Shown here in pieces: positions 10,616 through 20,900 of a DNA stretch of 64,000 nt. Both the position numbers and the translations under genes were made by a program. Origin of the DNA: Methanothrix sp. (GTDB lineage Archaea > Halobacteriota > Methanosarcinia > Methanotrichales > Methanotrichaceae); contig OY821645.1 in assembly GCA_963682135.1 (NCBI GenBank), positions 2,368,001-2,432,000 of the forward strand. The letters are read 5' to 3'. The first letter of the stretch is position 1, and every line of letters starts with the position of its first letter. The notes beneath the pieces were generated by a model that saw only the letters and a program-made list of their open reading frames with translations, made no database searches and had not been told where the DNA came from.

Positions 10616-11554
10616 ATGTCGGGAAATGTTTTGGGTGAGAGAGAGTTGATCTTGCGCATATCCGAGATCCTGGGCGGTGTGGAGAACGACGATTGCGCTC
10701 TGATTGATGCAGGCGAGCGCTATCTGGTGGTTACTACGGATATGCTGCACAAGAAGACGGACTTTCCCGATATCATGAATCCCTGGCAGATGGGCTGGAT
10801 GACGGTAGCTGTCAACCTGAGCGACATCGCCGCCATGGGCGCACAACCTGCCGGCGTGCTCATTGCCGCGGGACTGCCTGCGCAGGCGGACCTGTACTTT
10901 ATCGATGAGCTTTTCTCGGGTTTTGGCGACTGCGCCGCCTACTACGGCACGCGCATTATCGGCGGCGACACCGACTCGCATGATGAGCTGACTATCACGG
11001 GAACGGCCCTGGGTTTTGTAGAGAAGGATCTGGTTCTGAGAAGAAGAGGCGCCATTCCCGGCGATCTGCTCTGCACCACGGGCGCGCTGGGCGGCGCTGG
11101 TGGGGGGCTGTGGGCCTGGCAGCACGCAGTAGAGAGCAATCTCATCACCAAGCTGCTGGAGCCCGAGCCGCGCCTGGCGGAAGGCCGGGCCCTCTCCCAG
11201 AGCCGGGCGGTCACAGCCATGATGGACAACAGCGACGGCCTGGCGCTCTCCCTCTCTGACCTGGCACAGTGCAGCCATGTGGGCTTTGTGGTGCAAGAGG
11301 AGGCGCTGCCGGTGGCCGCGGGCCTGGTGGAGATGGTGGGAGAGGAGAAAGCGCGGGAGTTAGTGATGAGCGCAGGCGGAGACTTCGAGCTGGTCTTCAC
11401 CGTGCGGCCGGAGGGGCTGGAGGCGGCCCGGCGGGCCTGCGCCCTGACGGTGATCGGAGAGGTTGTGGAGGAAGGGATCTGGCTGGAGCAGGGGGGCCAA
11501 AGGCGACGGATGGAGGCGAGGGGGTACGAGCACAGGATCGGAGGGATGGATTGA
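10616..11554 (+). CDS. thiL: Thiamine-monophosphate kinase
   Basis: DDCA, VNLSDIAAMGA, IIGGDT, MDNSDGL, GGDFEL. Confidence 0.95.
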   Translation: MSGNVLGERELILRISEILGGVENDDCALIDAGERYLVVTTDMLHKKTDFPDIMNPWQMGWMTVAVNLSDIAAMGAQPAGVLIAAGLPAQADLYFIDELFSGFGDCAAYYGTRIIGGDTDSHDELTITGTALGFVEKDLVLRRRGAIPGDLLCTTGALGGAGGGLWAWQHAVESNLITKLLEPEPRLAEGRALSQSRAVTAMMDNSDGLALSLSDLAQCSHVGFVVQEEALPVAAGLVEMVGEEKARELVMSAGGDFELVFTVRPEGLEAARRACALTVIGEVVEEGIWLEQGGQRRRMEARGYEHRIGGMD

Positions 11555-12087
11555 ATTTTCGGCAAGATATTTTGAAGAAAGAGGCTGTCCACGACGGAGA
11601 TCCATGCCACGGTGGTGCTGGATAAAGTAGTGTATGATCTGCATGGATCTAAAAGCGTCTCGATTAGAAGTGTGTACAACCTGTGAGTCTCCTCGCCCAT
11701 TTTCTCACTTGGCCAGGATGGTCACGAATTTTGGTTCTGGCAAACTACCCATTCTGGGACACTATGGAGTGATACATCGATGCTTGCGCGATATCGGAAA
11801 ATCACTACCTTAGCGGCAAAAAATCGAATAAAATCCGTCGCACAACATCAGACCTTATGAGGTCGAAAGCATATTTATAAAATTATCATGGACTCTGATT
11901 TCGGCTAGGATGAGCAGGATGTTAAAGTACGTGCAACCTGCAAGCCAACCCGTGGAGTCGCGATCATTACAACAGCGATGCAACTGCAGAACTCTCATAA
12001 CCATTTTTACCAATTTTATATTATTTATTGATCCAGAATTCAAATAGTCTATATAATATAGATCAATAAGCAGTAATGGGACCACGT

Positions 12088-12828
12088 ATGGATGAAAAGA
12101 TAACAGAGAGGCCGATGTTCTATGATTATTTCAAAACATCGGCCGATGTGCTACTTGCACAATATACGCGATCAAAAGGGCAAAATGCATCCGCAAACCT
12201 TGGATACAATCGCGAACTATTTTGTGATCAATTTTTAAAACGTGTCTTGCCTTCCCGCCTTGGAGTAGATCGGGGAGAAATCTGGGATAGTCTTGGGAAT
12301 AAAACTGGTCAATTGGAACTAATATTAACTAGGGATGATTCGCCGAGGCTAACATATGATGCAGGCGCAGATACCTTTCTAGCTGAAGGTGTAATGGGGG
12401 TTATTGAAGTTAAATCGAACCTAACGAGAGATAAACTGACTGAAGCCTTGCAGACTCTTAAACTCGTTAATTGCCTGCAGCCAAAAAACACGGAATTTTT
12501 TTCAGCAGGATACAGTCTTGATCGGCCACTACGCATCATATTCAGCTATGAAGGAGCTACATGGAGGACCTTACTAGAAGAGCTCATAGAACCAGAAAAT
12601 AACGGAATCGTAGATTTGGTCTGTATTTTAAACAGAGGTGTTATGTTCTCAAGGGGTTTAATAATGCAATGGCCTGAAGATAAACCATTTTTTATTGTAA
12701 ACGGTAAGCCAGCTTCATTGGCGTTCTTATATCGATATCTAGTAGCATATGGGTCTAGTTTCCTAGGCCGCTGGATAGATTTAGGCCCGTATTTCGACCC
12801 ATATAATGGTTGGGACAATAGCGAATAA
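12088..12828 (+). CDS. DUF6602-like PD-(D/E)XK nuclease-fold protein
   Basis: G..RE..FL...LP, GEI.D..G.KT.Q, VIEVKSNL; low GC. Confidence 0.7.
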   Translation: MDEKITERPMFYDYFKTSADVLLAQYTRSKGQNASANLGYNRELFCDQFLKRVLPSRLGVDRGEIWDSLGNKTGQLELILTRDDSPRLTYDAGADTFLAEGVMGVIEVKSNLTRDKLTEALQTLKLVNCLQPKNTEFFSAGYSLDRPLRIIFSYEGATWRTLLEELIEPENNGIVDLVCILNRGVMFSRGLIMQWPEDKPFFIVNGKPASLAFLYRYLVAYGSSFLGRWIDLGPYFDPYNGWDNSE

Positions 12829-12950
12829 CCACTAACGATCAATGGACTAAAACGAGTTATGTCCATGTCGGATGGGGTACAGCATACGGCCTAATTTCTG
12901 AATTTAGATATAATCAGAAGTTGTCCGAGTAGTCCCGGAAGGTCTATCTC

Positions 12951-14435
12951 ATGAACAAATCCAAAGGGATGGTCATGACGATGAAATTGGTCGCCTCGAT
13001 CACTATATTGTTGACTGCATTCGTAATGCCTGCAGTCGCAGATGACGTGGACAGGTGGATTCAGGACCTTAAAGATCCAATTCCAGCTGTACGAGAAGCA
13101 GCTGTAGAGGCCCTTATAGGACTCAATGATACTAGAGTTGTAGGACCATTGATCCGGGCACTCAGGGATGAGGATTCGGGAGTCCGGCAGAATGCTGCAT
13201 GGTCTCTCGGTACACTCGATGACACCCTGGCAGTCGATCCACTGATCCGGGCACTCAAGGATGAGGATTTGGGGGTCCGAGTTAATGCTGCATGGTCTCT
13301 CGGCCAGCTCAATGATACGAGAGCTGTAGATCCGCTGACCGAGGCACTCAAGGATGAAGATTGGGGTGTCCGAGTGTATGCTGCATGGTCTCTCGGCAGG
13401 CTCAATGATACGAGAGCTGTAGGACCACTGGTCCAGGCACTCAAGGATGATGACTTTAGGGTCCGGCAGAATGCTACATGGTCTCTCGCCCAACTCAAAG
13501 ACGCCAGAGCCGTAGGACCATTGATCCAGGCACTCAAGGATGAAGATTGGGGAGTTCAGCAAAATGCTGCATGGTCTCTCGGCAGGCTCAATGATACGAG
13601 AGCTGTAGGACCACTGATCCAGGCACTCAGGGATGAGGATTCGGGGGTCCGGCAGAATGCTGCATGGTCTCTTGGCCAGCTCAATGATAGTCGTGCAGTT
13701 TATCCACTGACCGAGGCACTTGATGATGAGCATTCGGGGGTCCGAGTTAATGCTGCAATGTCTCTCGACCAGCTTAGATTCAGGATAGAGAGCATTCCGC
13801 AAAGTTGGAACCTGCAGTCCGCGTGTCCGGGCGCCAGCGTCAGGACAAATTTCTCACTGAAAAATGTTGGAGAGACTCTGCAAAACCTCAGCTACACCGG
13901 GATGATTGAAGAATCTACTATTAGGAAATTTGAGGGCCATGTGGGATATAAAGAAACATGGAATAAAACTGTAAATGTCACCGAGAGCACAAAGAAGATC
14001 TCGGCAGAGTTGAGTTCGGCAGATGGCAATAACGAGAGCGAGGTTGCACTGGTCTTTGAGAATCCAAGGGGCACTGCCAGTGAGGAGAATGCGGCTTTGG
14101 GTGCGGATGATCTCGGTCCACTAGAGATCAGCAATCCGGAGTTGGGCAACTGGACGCTGAAGGTTTACGGATACAATGTTCCCCTGGAAGGAAAGTCCTT
14201 TAAAGTTTGCATCAAGGAATATGCCGAGGAGAATTGGAGCTGGATCACAACTAGTGGCCCGCAGCGATTGGAGAGCGACTCCAATGGGACAGTGGAAGCT
14301 AATCTCACCATACCCAAGGGCACATCGCTTTCTAGGCTAGACGGATACATAAAAATCACTTCAGACAGCCACAACTTTGAGATTCCGGTGAGCGTCACCA
14401 TGGCTGGCACCAGGCAGGAGGATGGGACTCTATAG
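12951..14435 (+). CDS. Secreted HEAT/PBS-lyase repeat protein with beta-sandwich C-terminal tail
   Basis: Signal peptide; about 8 repeats of 31 aa (ALKDED.GVR.NAAWSLG.LNDTRAV.PL); PPC-like tail NPELGNWTLKVYGY. Confidence 0.85.
   Translation: MNKSKGMVMTMKLVASITILLTAFVMPAVADDVDRWIQDLKDPIPAVREAAVEALIGLNDTRVVGPLIRALRDEDSGVRQNAAWSLGTLDDTLAVDPLIRALKDEDLGVRVNAAWSLGQLNDTRAVDPLTEALKDEDWGVRVYAAWSLGRLNDTRAVGPLVQALKDDDFRVRQNATWSLAQLKDARAVGPLIQALKDEDWGVQQNAAWSLGRLNDTRAVGPLIQALRDEDSGVRQNAAWSLGQLNDSRAVYPLTEALDDEHSGVRVNAAMSLDQLRFRIESIPQSWNLQSACPGASVRTNFSLKNVGETLQNLSYTGMIEESTIRKFEGHVGYKETWNKTVNVTESTKKISAELSSADGNNESEVALVFENPRGTASEENAALGADDLGPLEISNPELGNWTLKVYGYNVPLEGKSFKVCIKEYAEENWSWITTSGPQRLESDSNGTVEANLTIPKGTSLSRLDGYIKITSDSHNFEIPVSVTMAGTRQEDGTL
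13060..13780 (+). repeat. Tandem 93-bp coding repeats (HEAT units)
   Basis: Recurring GCACTCAAGGATGA...AATGCTGCATGGTCTCTCGG units. Confidence 0.9.
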
Positions 14436-14732
14436 TCCGAGCGAGTGAAGAGATGAAGTATCCGAGCTGATCCCAGCTCTAAGCAGTGTGTGTAATCAGT
14501 AGGAATCTTATCCTCTTTTTACAGGCATTTTCCATATATCTCGGTGCAAGATTATTTTATAAATACCGTTCCTGCTCGATAATCCTTGATGATGCGCTAT
14601 GGCAAATATGCCCTACAAGAACCACGTGCAGTAGCGAAGATTGGCCGTAATGAGGAGATCGATCAAACTAACTTGCGCGAAATTCCAAAGTTTATGGAAT
14701 AGCAGCTTTGCCAGAAGTGGATTTGGGCCGAT

Positions 14733-15179
14733 TTGATAAGGTTGTATCAGGCAGTACATATAACCTGCAAGTCTCATGCTCTCAAAAAGTTCTATGACAA
14801 ATCTGGAGAGAAAGCAAAAGCTTTGAAATCGGAAGCCGAGAAACTGGCTCGGAGAGCAAAGGCCGCTATGACGGCGGCTGAGACATTGCCCGAGGCCGGA
14901 GAGAAGGCCCGCAAGCTGAAAAGCCAGGCAGATAATCTGAAAGCTGAAGCTGAAACCCTAAAGGAAGCTGCCCGGCTGGAAGATCACTCCGTGTGGGCGA
15001 GGGAGATGGTCAAGCCCACCACGGAAGGCAACCGGTCCTATCACTATTAGATGGCTGCATGGAGAGTGGGCGGGAAGATGCGGAACGTGCATCTGGGGAA
15101 CTTTGGGAAGATGGATGAAGAAACAGCCAAGCAGAAAGCCAGGTCGATGAAAGCCGCGGCCCTGGCGATCAAGATTTAA
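14733..15179 (+). pseudogene. Coiled-coil plus beta-sheet putative DNA-binding protein interrupted by in-frame TAG at 15048-15050
   Basis: Frame continues past TAG: SYHY*MAAWRVGGKMRNVHLG...KI; start uncertain. Confidence 0.6.
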
Positions 15180-15204
15180 ATAGCAAGAACCCAGAGAGAT
15201 ATCT

Positions 15205-15357
15205 ATGTGCGAGGTTCTAGAGCGCCGGATCATAACCCAAGATCTCCCTTACGACCTGGAAGAACCGAACGATAAGAGAGAGATCACCAGAGGACTTATG
15301 AGGCTCTCGCAGCAGGCGTTATCTAAATATGTAGATAATGAGCCTGACATCTATTGA
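15205..15357 (+). CDS. Putative antitoxin (50 aa, ends ...YVDNEPDIY)
   Basis: Manual translation; TGATG overlap with PemK toxin. Confidence 0.65.
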   Translation: MCEVLERRIITQDLPYDLEEPNDKREITRGLMRLSQQALSKYVDNEPDIY

Positions 15358-15686
15358 TGAAAGGAAAGATCGTTGTAATCCCATTCCCTTTTACAGATTT
15401 GAGTTCAATTAAGCGTAGGCCAGCTCTTGTCCTTCATGAAACCAAATATGACATTGTTGTTGCCTACATCTCCTCTATCATGCCTTCGTCCATATCGCCG
15501 GAAGACGTCTCAATTCCCAAAACCCGGCCTTCTTTTGTTGGCACAGGGCTACTATCCGACTCAGTTATAATGCTGGATAAACTCGCAACTGTGGAGAAAT
15601 CCCTTATTGTACGCATTTTAGGCGAAGTGGATAACGACCTGAAGGCAGAGATTAACCCCAAACTTGCTGAATGCTATAGGCTCTGA
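15357..15686 (+). CDS. PemK/MazF family toxin
   Basis: G.IV.IPFPFTDLS..KRRPALV. Confidence 0.9.
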   Translation: MKGKIVVIPFPFTDLSSIKRRPALVLHETKYDIVVAYISSIMPSSISPEDVSIPKTRPSFVGTGLLSDSVIMLDKLATVEKSLIVRILGEVDNDLKAEINPKLAECYRL

Positions 15687-15870
15687 GAAATCGAGCCCAT
15701 AAAATCGATTTTGAGCCGGATATCATTAATGGAGATGCTGGCTTGGCCAGTCATCAAGCCCCATCGCTCCGACATATATTTCCTCTCTCCTCCTTAATGG
15801 ATGGCGTTCTTTGAAGGAATAATAATGGGTCCGGCAATAAGTCTTTGATATGAAAATGATTCATATTTAC

Positions 15871-17103
15871 CTATGCAGTCGCCGCCTTTGTCACTGAATA
15901 TCCGGCCTTCTCAAGCGATCTAACCATCGATTGCTCTCTTCTTTTTGATGTTCTTTCATGAATGGCCTCTGCACCTATATCCTGATAAGGCTCAGATGTC
16001 TTGAGTACAAAGTAGATATCGATAAGCATACGATGCGCCAAAGCAACAAGAGTCTTCTTTTTGCCCTTCCTTCTGATGAGATTATGGTAGAAAGCATTAT
16101 ATGAGGTGTTCTTAGTTTTTGATGCAGACCATGCGGATTCAGTTAAGGCTCCCTTTAGAAAGGAATTACCTTTCTGCGTTTTTCCGTTCTTCTTCTTTCC
16201 TGCACTCTCGTTATTGCCAGGGCATACGCCCGCCCAAGAGGAAAGATGTGCTTCATCTGGAAACTGAGACATATCATTCCCAATTTCCGCCAATATTGCT
16301 GACGCATTAACTTCACTGATTCCTGGAATCGTTTGAATCAGCTTCGATTCCTTCTGAAAAGGGATCATCTTTTTCTCGATCTCCTCATCGAGTTTATTTA
16401 TTTGCTTGGTAAGATAGTCGATATTTTGTAGATGCATTTCTAAAAGGAACCTGTGATGATCGGTTAGCTTTCCGTTAAGGGCTTTTTCCAGGAGACCTAC
16501 CTTCTTCTTGAGTTTACCTTTAGCCATTTTTGAGATATCCTCTCTTGAAAGTCTGTCCTTTTCCAGCAGCGATCTGATCATAGCCAATGATGAGACTCCG
16601 TAGATCCTTGAGACGACTGAGCTAAGCTTGATATTGGCGGACTCCAATACCTTAACAAGTCGATTCTTCTCGGAGGTCATTATTCCAACAAACTTTCTTC
16701 GAGTGCGGTTGAGATCTCGTAGCTCTCTGATCTCTCTTGGCGGAATAAAGCTGTTAGGAAGCAATCCATATCTAAGCAGGTTGGCGATTCGCTTGCAGTC
16801 CATGATGTCGGTCTTCTTTCTAGGAATGGCTTTGAGGCGTTGCGCATTCGCGAGGACTATTTCGAACTGGCCTTCCATAACATTGAAGATTGGTTTCCAA
16901 TAGATTCCGGTGCTTTCCATACCAATCGTCGAAACTTCATATTTCTTTAGCCATGCCATTAGTTCTTCCAGATCTGAGGTCATAGTCGAGAATGTTCTAA
17001 TCTCGAATTTGGGAGTTTTATCAAAGGGTCCGTGGGCAATGCATACATCTACCTTCTTCTCGTGGACATCCATTCCGGCACAGCTTATTAGAATTGGCTC
17101 CAT
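15871..17103 (-). CDS. IS110 transposase/recombinase
   Basis: GMDVH, MESTGIYWKP, KKTDIMD, PGNNESAGK; SD AGGAG. Confidence 0.95.
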   Translation of the reverse strand: MEPILISCAGMDVHEKKVDVCIAHGPFDKTPKFEIRTFSTMTSDLEELMAWLKKYEVSTIGMESTGIYWKPIFNVMEGQFEIVLANAQRLKAIPRKKTDIMDCKRIANLLRYGLLPNSFIPPREIRELRDLNRTRRKFVGIMTSEKNRLVKVLESANIKLSSVVSRIYGVSSLAMIRSLLEKDRLSREDISKMAKGKLKKKVGLLEKALNGKLTDHHRFLLEMHLQNIDYLTKQINKLDEEIEKKMIPFQKESKLIQTIPGISEVNASAILAEIGNDMSQFPDEAHLSSWAGVCPGNNESAGKKKNGKTQKGNSFLKGALTESAWSASKTKNTSYNAFYHNLIRRKGKKKTLVALAHRMLIDIYFVLKTSEPYQDIGAEAIHERTSKRREQSMVRSLEKAGYSVTKAATA

Positions 17104-17116
17104 GATAATTCTCCTT

Positions 17117-17263
17117 GAGACGGGCAAAGCAACATATGAGGTGTAAATTTGATACGCGTGCCTGACTAGGCGACATTCATGGGTTCTAAGAGTTGCTCAG
17201 GGCAGTTTCTTTTTCGGGGATATCAAAATCCTCCAGAAAAACGTCGCCCTTATTGCTGGTCTC
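17117..17263 (-). ncRNA. Candidate IS110 bridge RNA
   Basis: Closing stem GAGAC/GTCTC enclosing two stem-internal-loop-hairpin arms; one loop matches the element ends; minus-strand TATA near 17290. Confidence 0.55.
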
Positions 17264-17476
17264 ATAATTTAAGAATTGTTGATCTTGAATAAATACTTAG
17301 AGCTTAGGGCACAATTTTCATACTCATGGGTGCCCAATCGGGCATGAAGGTTTCTTTGGTAGATCTTAAGATAAGAGAATCCATGTTATAAGCGTCTATG
17401 GTGAAGCAGATGATATGCTTAGAGAGCAGGTAAATTGACTCTTGCCTGAATGTCTCGCCATCTAATGCAGATGATT

Positions 17477-17728
17477 TCAGGCAAGAGACGCCTCCGCCTT
17501 GAGGTCTTCTTCTGTCAGGCGAAATGTATCCACGCCATAGTTCGCCAGCCGGTTGAGGAAAAGCGTCCTTGGTATTCCTGCCAGTCTGGCCGCCGCTCCG
17601 GATGATAGCCTCCCCATTTCAAATAGCTTTGCGGCTGCTGCCAACCTCAGCTCCTTTCCCAATTCATCCGGGGACATCTTCAGGGCCAGCAAGGCATCAT
17701 CCGGGACTTGCAAGACTATCTCGCTCAT
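17477..17728 (-). CDS. UPF0175 family antitoxin
   Basis: KLFEMGRLSSGAAARLAG; likely start MSEIVLQVP; followed by a truncated TTG-PEIIC toxin start. Confidence 0.85.
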   Translation of the reverse strand: MSEIVLQVPDDALLALKMSPDELGKELRLAAAAKLFEMGRLSSGAAARLAGIPRTLFLNRLANYGVDTFRLTEEDLKAEASLA

Positions 17729-17968
17729 GTGCTCTAATGTTATGGCGATTGTTATGTATATCTTTGCATTCATGTGATCGTCTTCCAGAGTTCGATAACA
17801 TGCACGACTGGGGGGCGGTCGATGCTGCGATGATGAGGGCGAGGTCTCCAGGATCCTGAAAAAGGCCAGGCTGGGAGGCGAGGCGGCCAGCGTTCTGGGG
17901 ACAGCGGCAAAGCTGCTCAAGGCCTACATGGGCGGGCTGCCAGAGGACTTTGTTCTCAAATTTCTTCT

Positions 17969-20900
17969 TTACTTCCCCCAGGCTCTCTCCACCAGTCCCC
18001 ATCCCCTGTCTTTGGTGTAGCTTTGCAGGATCTCCTGCACCATGACCATGAACTGCTCCTGAGTCAAGCCAAGCTGCGCAGCCAGTCTCTCCACCAGCGG
18101 CTCTACATTTTTCACATCATCGCTCTTGATGCTCCTCAAGACGATGGCAGCCAGCGCCATGAGCCGCAGACCCTCTTGCACCTTATCCTGCTGCACGGCC
18201 AGAGCGCCGAGCTGGAAGAAGGCTCCCGCTTCCGCGGCTTTGTCGGCCAGCTCTTGATTGATCCGCAGGGCTTTTTGGAAGCTTTCTGCCGCCTTTTCTT
18301 TCTCGCCTGCCTGAGAATGTATCATGCCCAGGCTGTGCAGTATGGCGGCTTCGCCTGACCGATCATACATCTTTGCAAAGAGCGGAAGAGCTTCTGCAAA
18401 CTCCGTACCTGCTTGCTGAAAGTCGCCTTTCTCCAGATCGAGGCTGGCTAGGTTAAAGAGAGCAAAAGCAGCACCTTTACTGTCTCCGCCCGCCTCCAGC
18501 AACTCCTGTGATCTCACTATCCTCTGGCGGGCCCCATCATAATCACGCCGGATCATATCCAGGCGGGCCATCTCCTGCAAAGCAGCCGCCTCGCCTTTGA
18601 CATCTCCCAGGCTCTTCATGATCTCTGCGATCTTCTGCAGCTTCTTTAAAGCCTCATCATTCTCGCCTTTTAACATATCAATGGAGGCCAGTCGGCTCAT
18701 GCTGCTCGCTTCCCCGGATGGATCGCCCAAAGTATGGTATGCCTGCGCCGACTTTTGCAGGTTCTCTCTGGCCTGGTCATATTTTTCCTGGTGCATAAGG
18801 GCCGTGCCCAGACCAAGGTAAGCGTCTGCATCCGGAGCGATTTGTAAAGCCCGCTCATAGCACTCTGCAGCCTTTCTGTATTCTCCCTGATCCAGATGGG
18901 CTTTTGCGATCCAGGCAATAGGGACCGCCGACGACACATTCAGATCCAAAAGCTCCTGGTTTAGCATAATCAGCTCAGAGTAGTAGCCGTGCCTTTGCAG
19001 ATAGCCGCTGATGCGAGCCGTTACGGCTATGGCATTCTTTGCATCCTTGGCCTCCAGATAGTGCCCGCGCGCTTCCAGCATGGCGTCCAACCGGGATAGA
19101 CCCAGCTCACGACTGCGCCCGGCCTCGGCCAGATCTCTGAGAAAATCGCCCGCCGCCTTTTGTGCGGCCCTTTGCTCCTCGGAATTCAATGCCGCCAGGA
19201 GTAAGGCGCGAATGGAGGACGGCACCGCCCACAGCTTTCCAGCGGCATAGGCCAGGGAGAGATCCTGCCAAGTGTTGGCGTTGGCGGCAGCCTGCTCTTT
19301 CGTCAGGCCAGAGACCGCTGCCAGGCCAACTGGATTTATGGCTACGCTAAAAACCGAGGCCTGAGAGAGGGCATGGCTGGAGGCAGAGCTGAGGCGGGTG
19401 GTGAGCTTCGTCAGCGGATCCTCTTCAGCAGCCAGATCCCACTGCCCCAGAGCTTTGCCTATTTGGGCCAGATGAGAAGGATGGCCCGAAGCGGCATGGT
19501 AGTGCGCGGCAAGCAGGGCATAAGAGATCTCGCCTTTTTTATAGCGATCTGCAGTTGACTCGTCTTGAAGAAGATATCTTATGAACGCCGCCTGACCTAA
19601 CCCCTCCAGCTTCCACTGCCAGGCGCGCGCGGGCAGGCTCAGGGCATCGGCCGGTAATTTCTCACAGGTGATGATAACCCGGCTCGACATCATGCCTCTT
19701 AGCATTAGCATGTAAAACTCAGCCAGATCAGGATCGGAGATTTTGCCGGTCTTCTCGGCCAGCTGCAGACCGTCCCAAACCATCAGGATGCGAGATGCCT
19801 TCATTGCATCCAACAGGATTTTTTGTCGCTCTCGGATAGATCGCCCCGCATCTTTGAGACTTCTTGCCAGGGCCTCTTCACCCATTGCGCTAAAATGGCC
19901 CGCTGCCGCCTCTAAGAGCCGGGCCGAGCTTATGCGGTTATGTGGCGAGCCATAAATGGCAAGAATGCTGTAGCCAGCCGATGTCAGCTGCTGAGCGATA
20001 TAAGTTGCCAGAGTGCTCTTGCCGCTGCCGGGAAGGCCGGTGATGATCAGAGTCTGCACTCCGCCTTCTCGCAGAGCAGGAACAAGCTGCAGCAGATCGC
20101 GTCTCCTGTTCACGAAACACTCCGTCCTACCTTGCGTCAGTCCCGGCAAGGCAAACAGCTTCCGGCAAGGGGGAATTGCAGCCGCTTTCTCCTGGGGGTC
20201 GTAGATCTTGGGCAGATCATAGAACGAGTACCTCGCAGGAACTGAAACGGGACTGGAATCAAGAGCAGAAGCTGTCGCACTCTCCCGGCGCACAGATAGC
20301 AGCGCTTCGTCCATTGATCTACCGGCAGCTAGTGATCGGTATAAGGGCTTGCTGGCAGATGCTGGTGCATTCCAGGCCACTGCCAGAGGAATACTCTCTG
20401 CCAGCTTCTGGCAGAGCTGATGAATTGCGCAAGGATTCTCATTCTGCCGGCCACTCAAGATGACGCCCACAAGTCCGGAGTCCTTCAGGGCCGCGGCAAG
20501 CTCCTCAGCCGTTCGCAGATCGGCCCGGCCTGCTGCTCCCTGCATGGAGAATACCGCAATTCCGCCGGAGACCTTTGCCCGACCGGCCAGGTGCATCAGA
20601 TGAGGTCGGAAGGACTCAGCCCTCTCTTTCAGCTCCTCCAAGGTGCCATTCTCGCAGATGTCGAGGGTGATGTCCAGGCCCTCAGAGACCTTCAAGATCG
20701 CCTGTTCTTCCTCTTCATAATCTTGCGGCTCTGCAGCCAGGAAGAGCACCCGCAAAGGTCCGGGCGTCAGCAGGGTAGATGAGGCAATTAGCCCGTCGGC
20801 AATGCCGGGCAGGCGAATGACGGCAAAGCAGTCACTTTCCCCCGGCTGACTGGAAAGATGGAGCAGCTCCCAGGGTAGCTGCAAAACCTCTGCTATGGGC

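Larger units (their letters stand above)
15842..17358 (-). mobile_element. IS110 family insertion sequence
   Basis: DEDD transposase; TCTTTG at both boundaries (15842-47, 17353-58); 9-bp inverted repeat TATGAAAAT 15849-57 / ATTTTCATA 17314-22. Confidence 0.75.

Noticed and set aside
10550-11700. Long overlapping ORFs over thiL (similar ones over ade, argB and cdc48)
   Set aside because: GC-rich shadow frames of well-supported genes
13060-13780. Regularly spaced repeats as a CRISPR array
   Set aside because: 93-bp in-frame coding units with no unique spacers and no cas genes
12891-13802. 303-aa Cys-rich antisense repeat ORF
   Set aside because: Mirror of the HEAT repeats on the opposite strand
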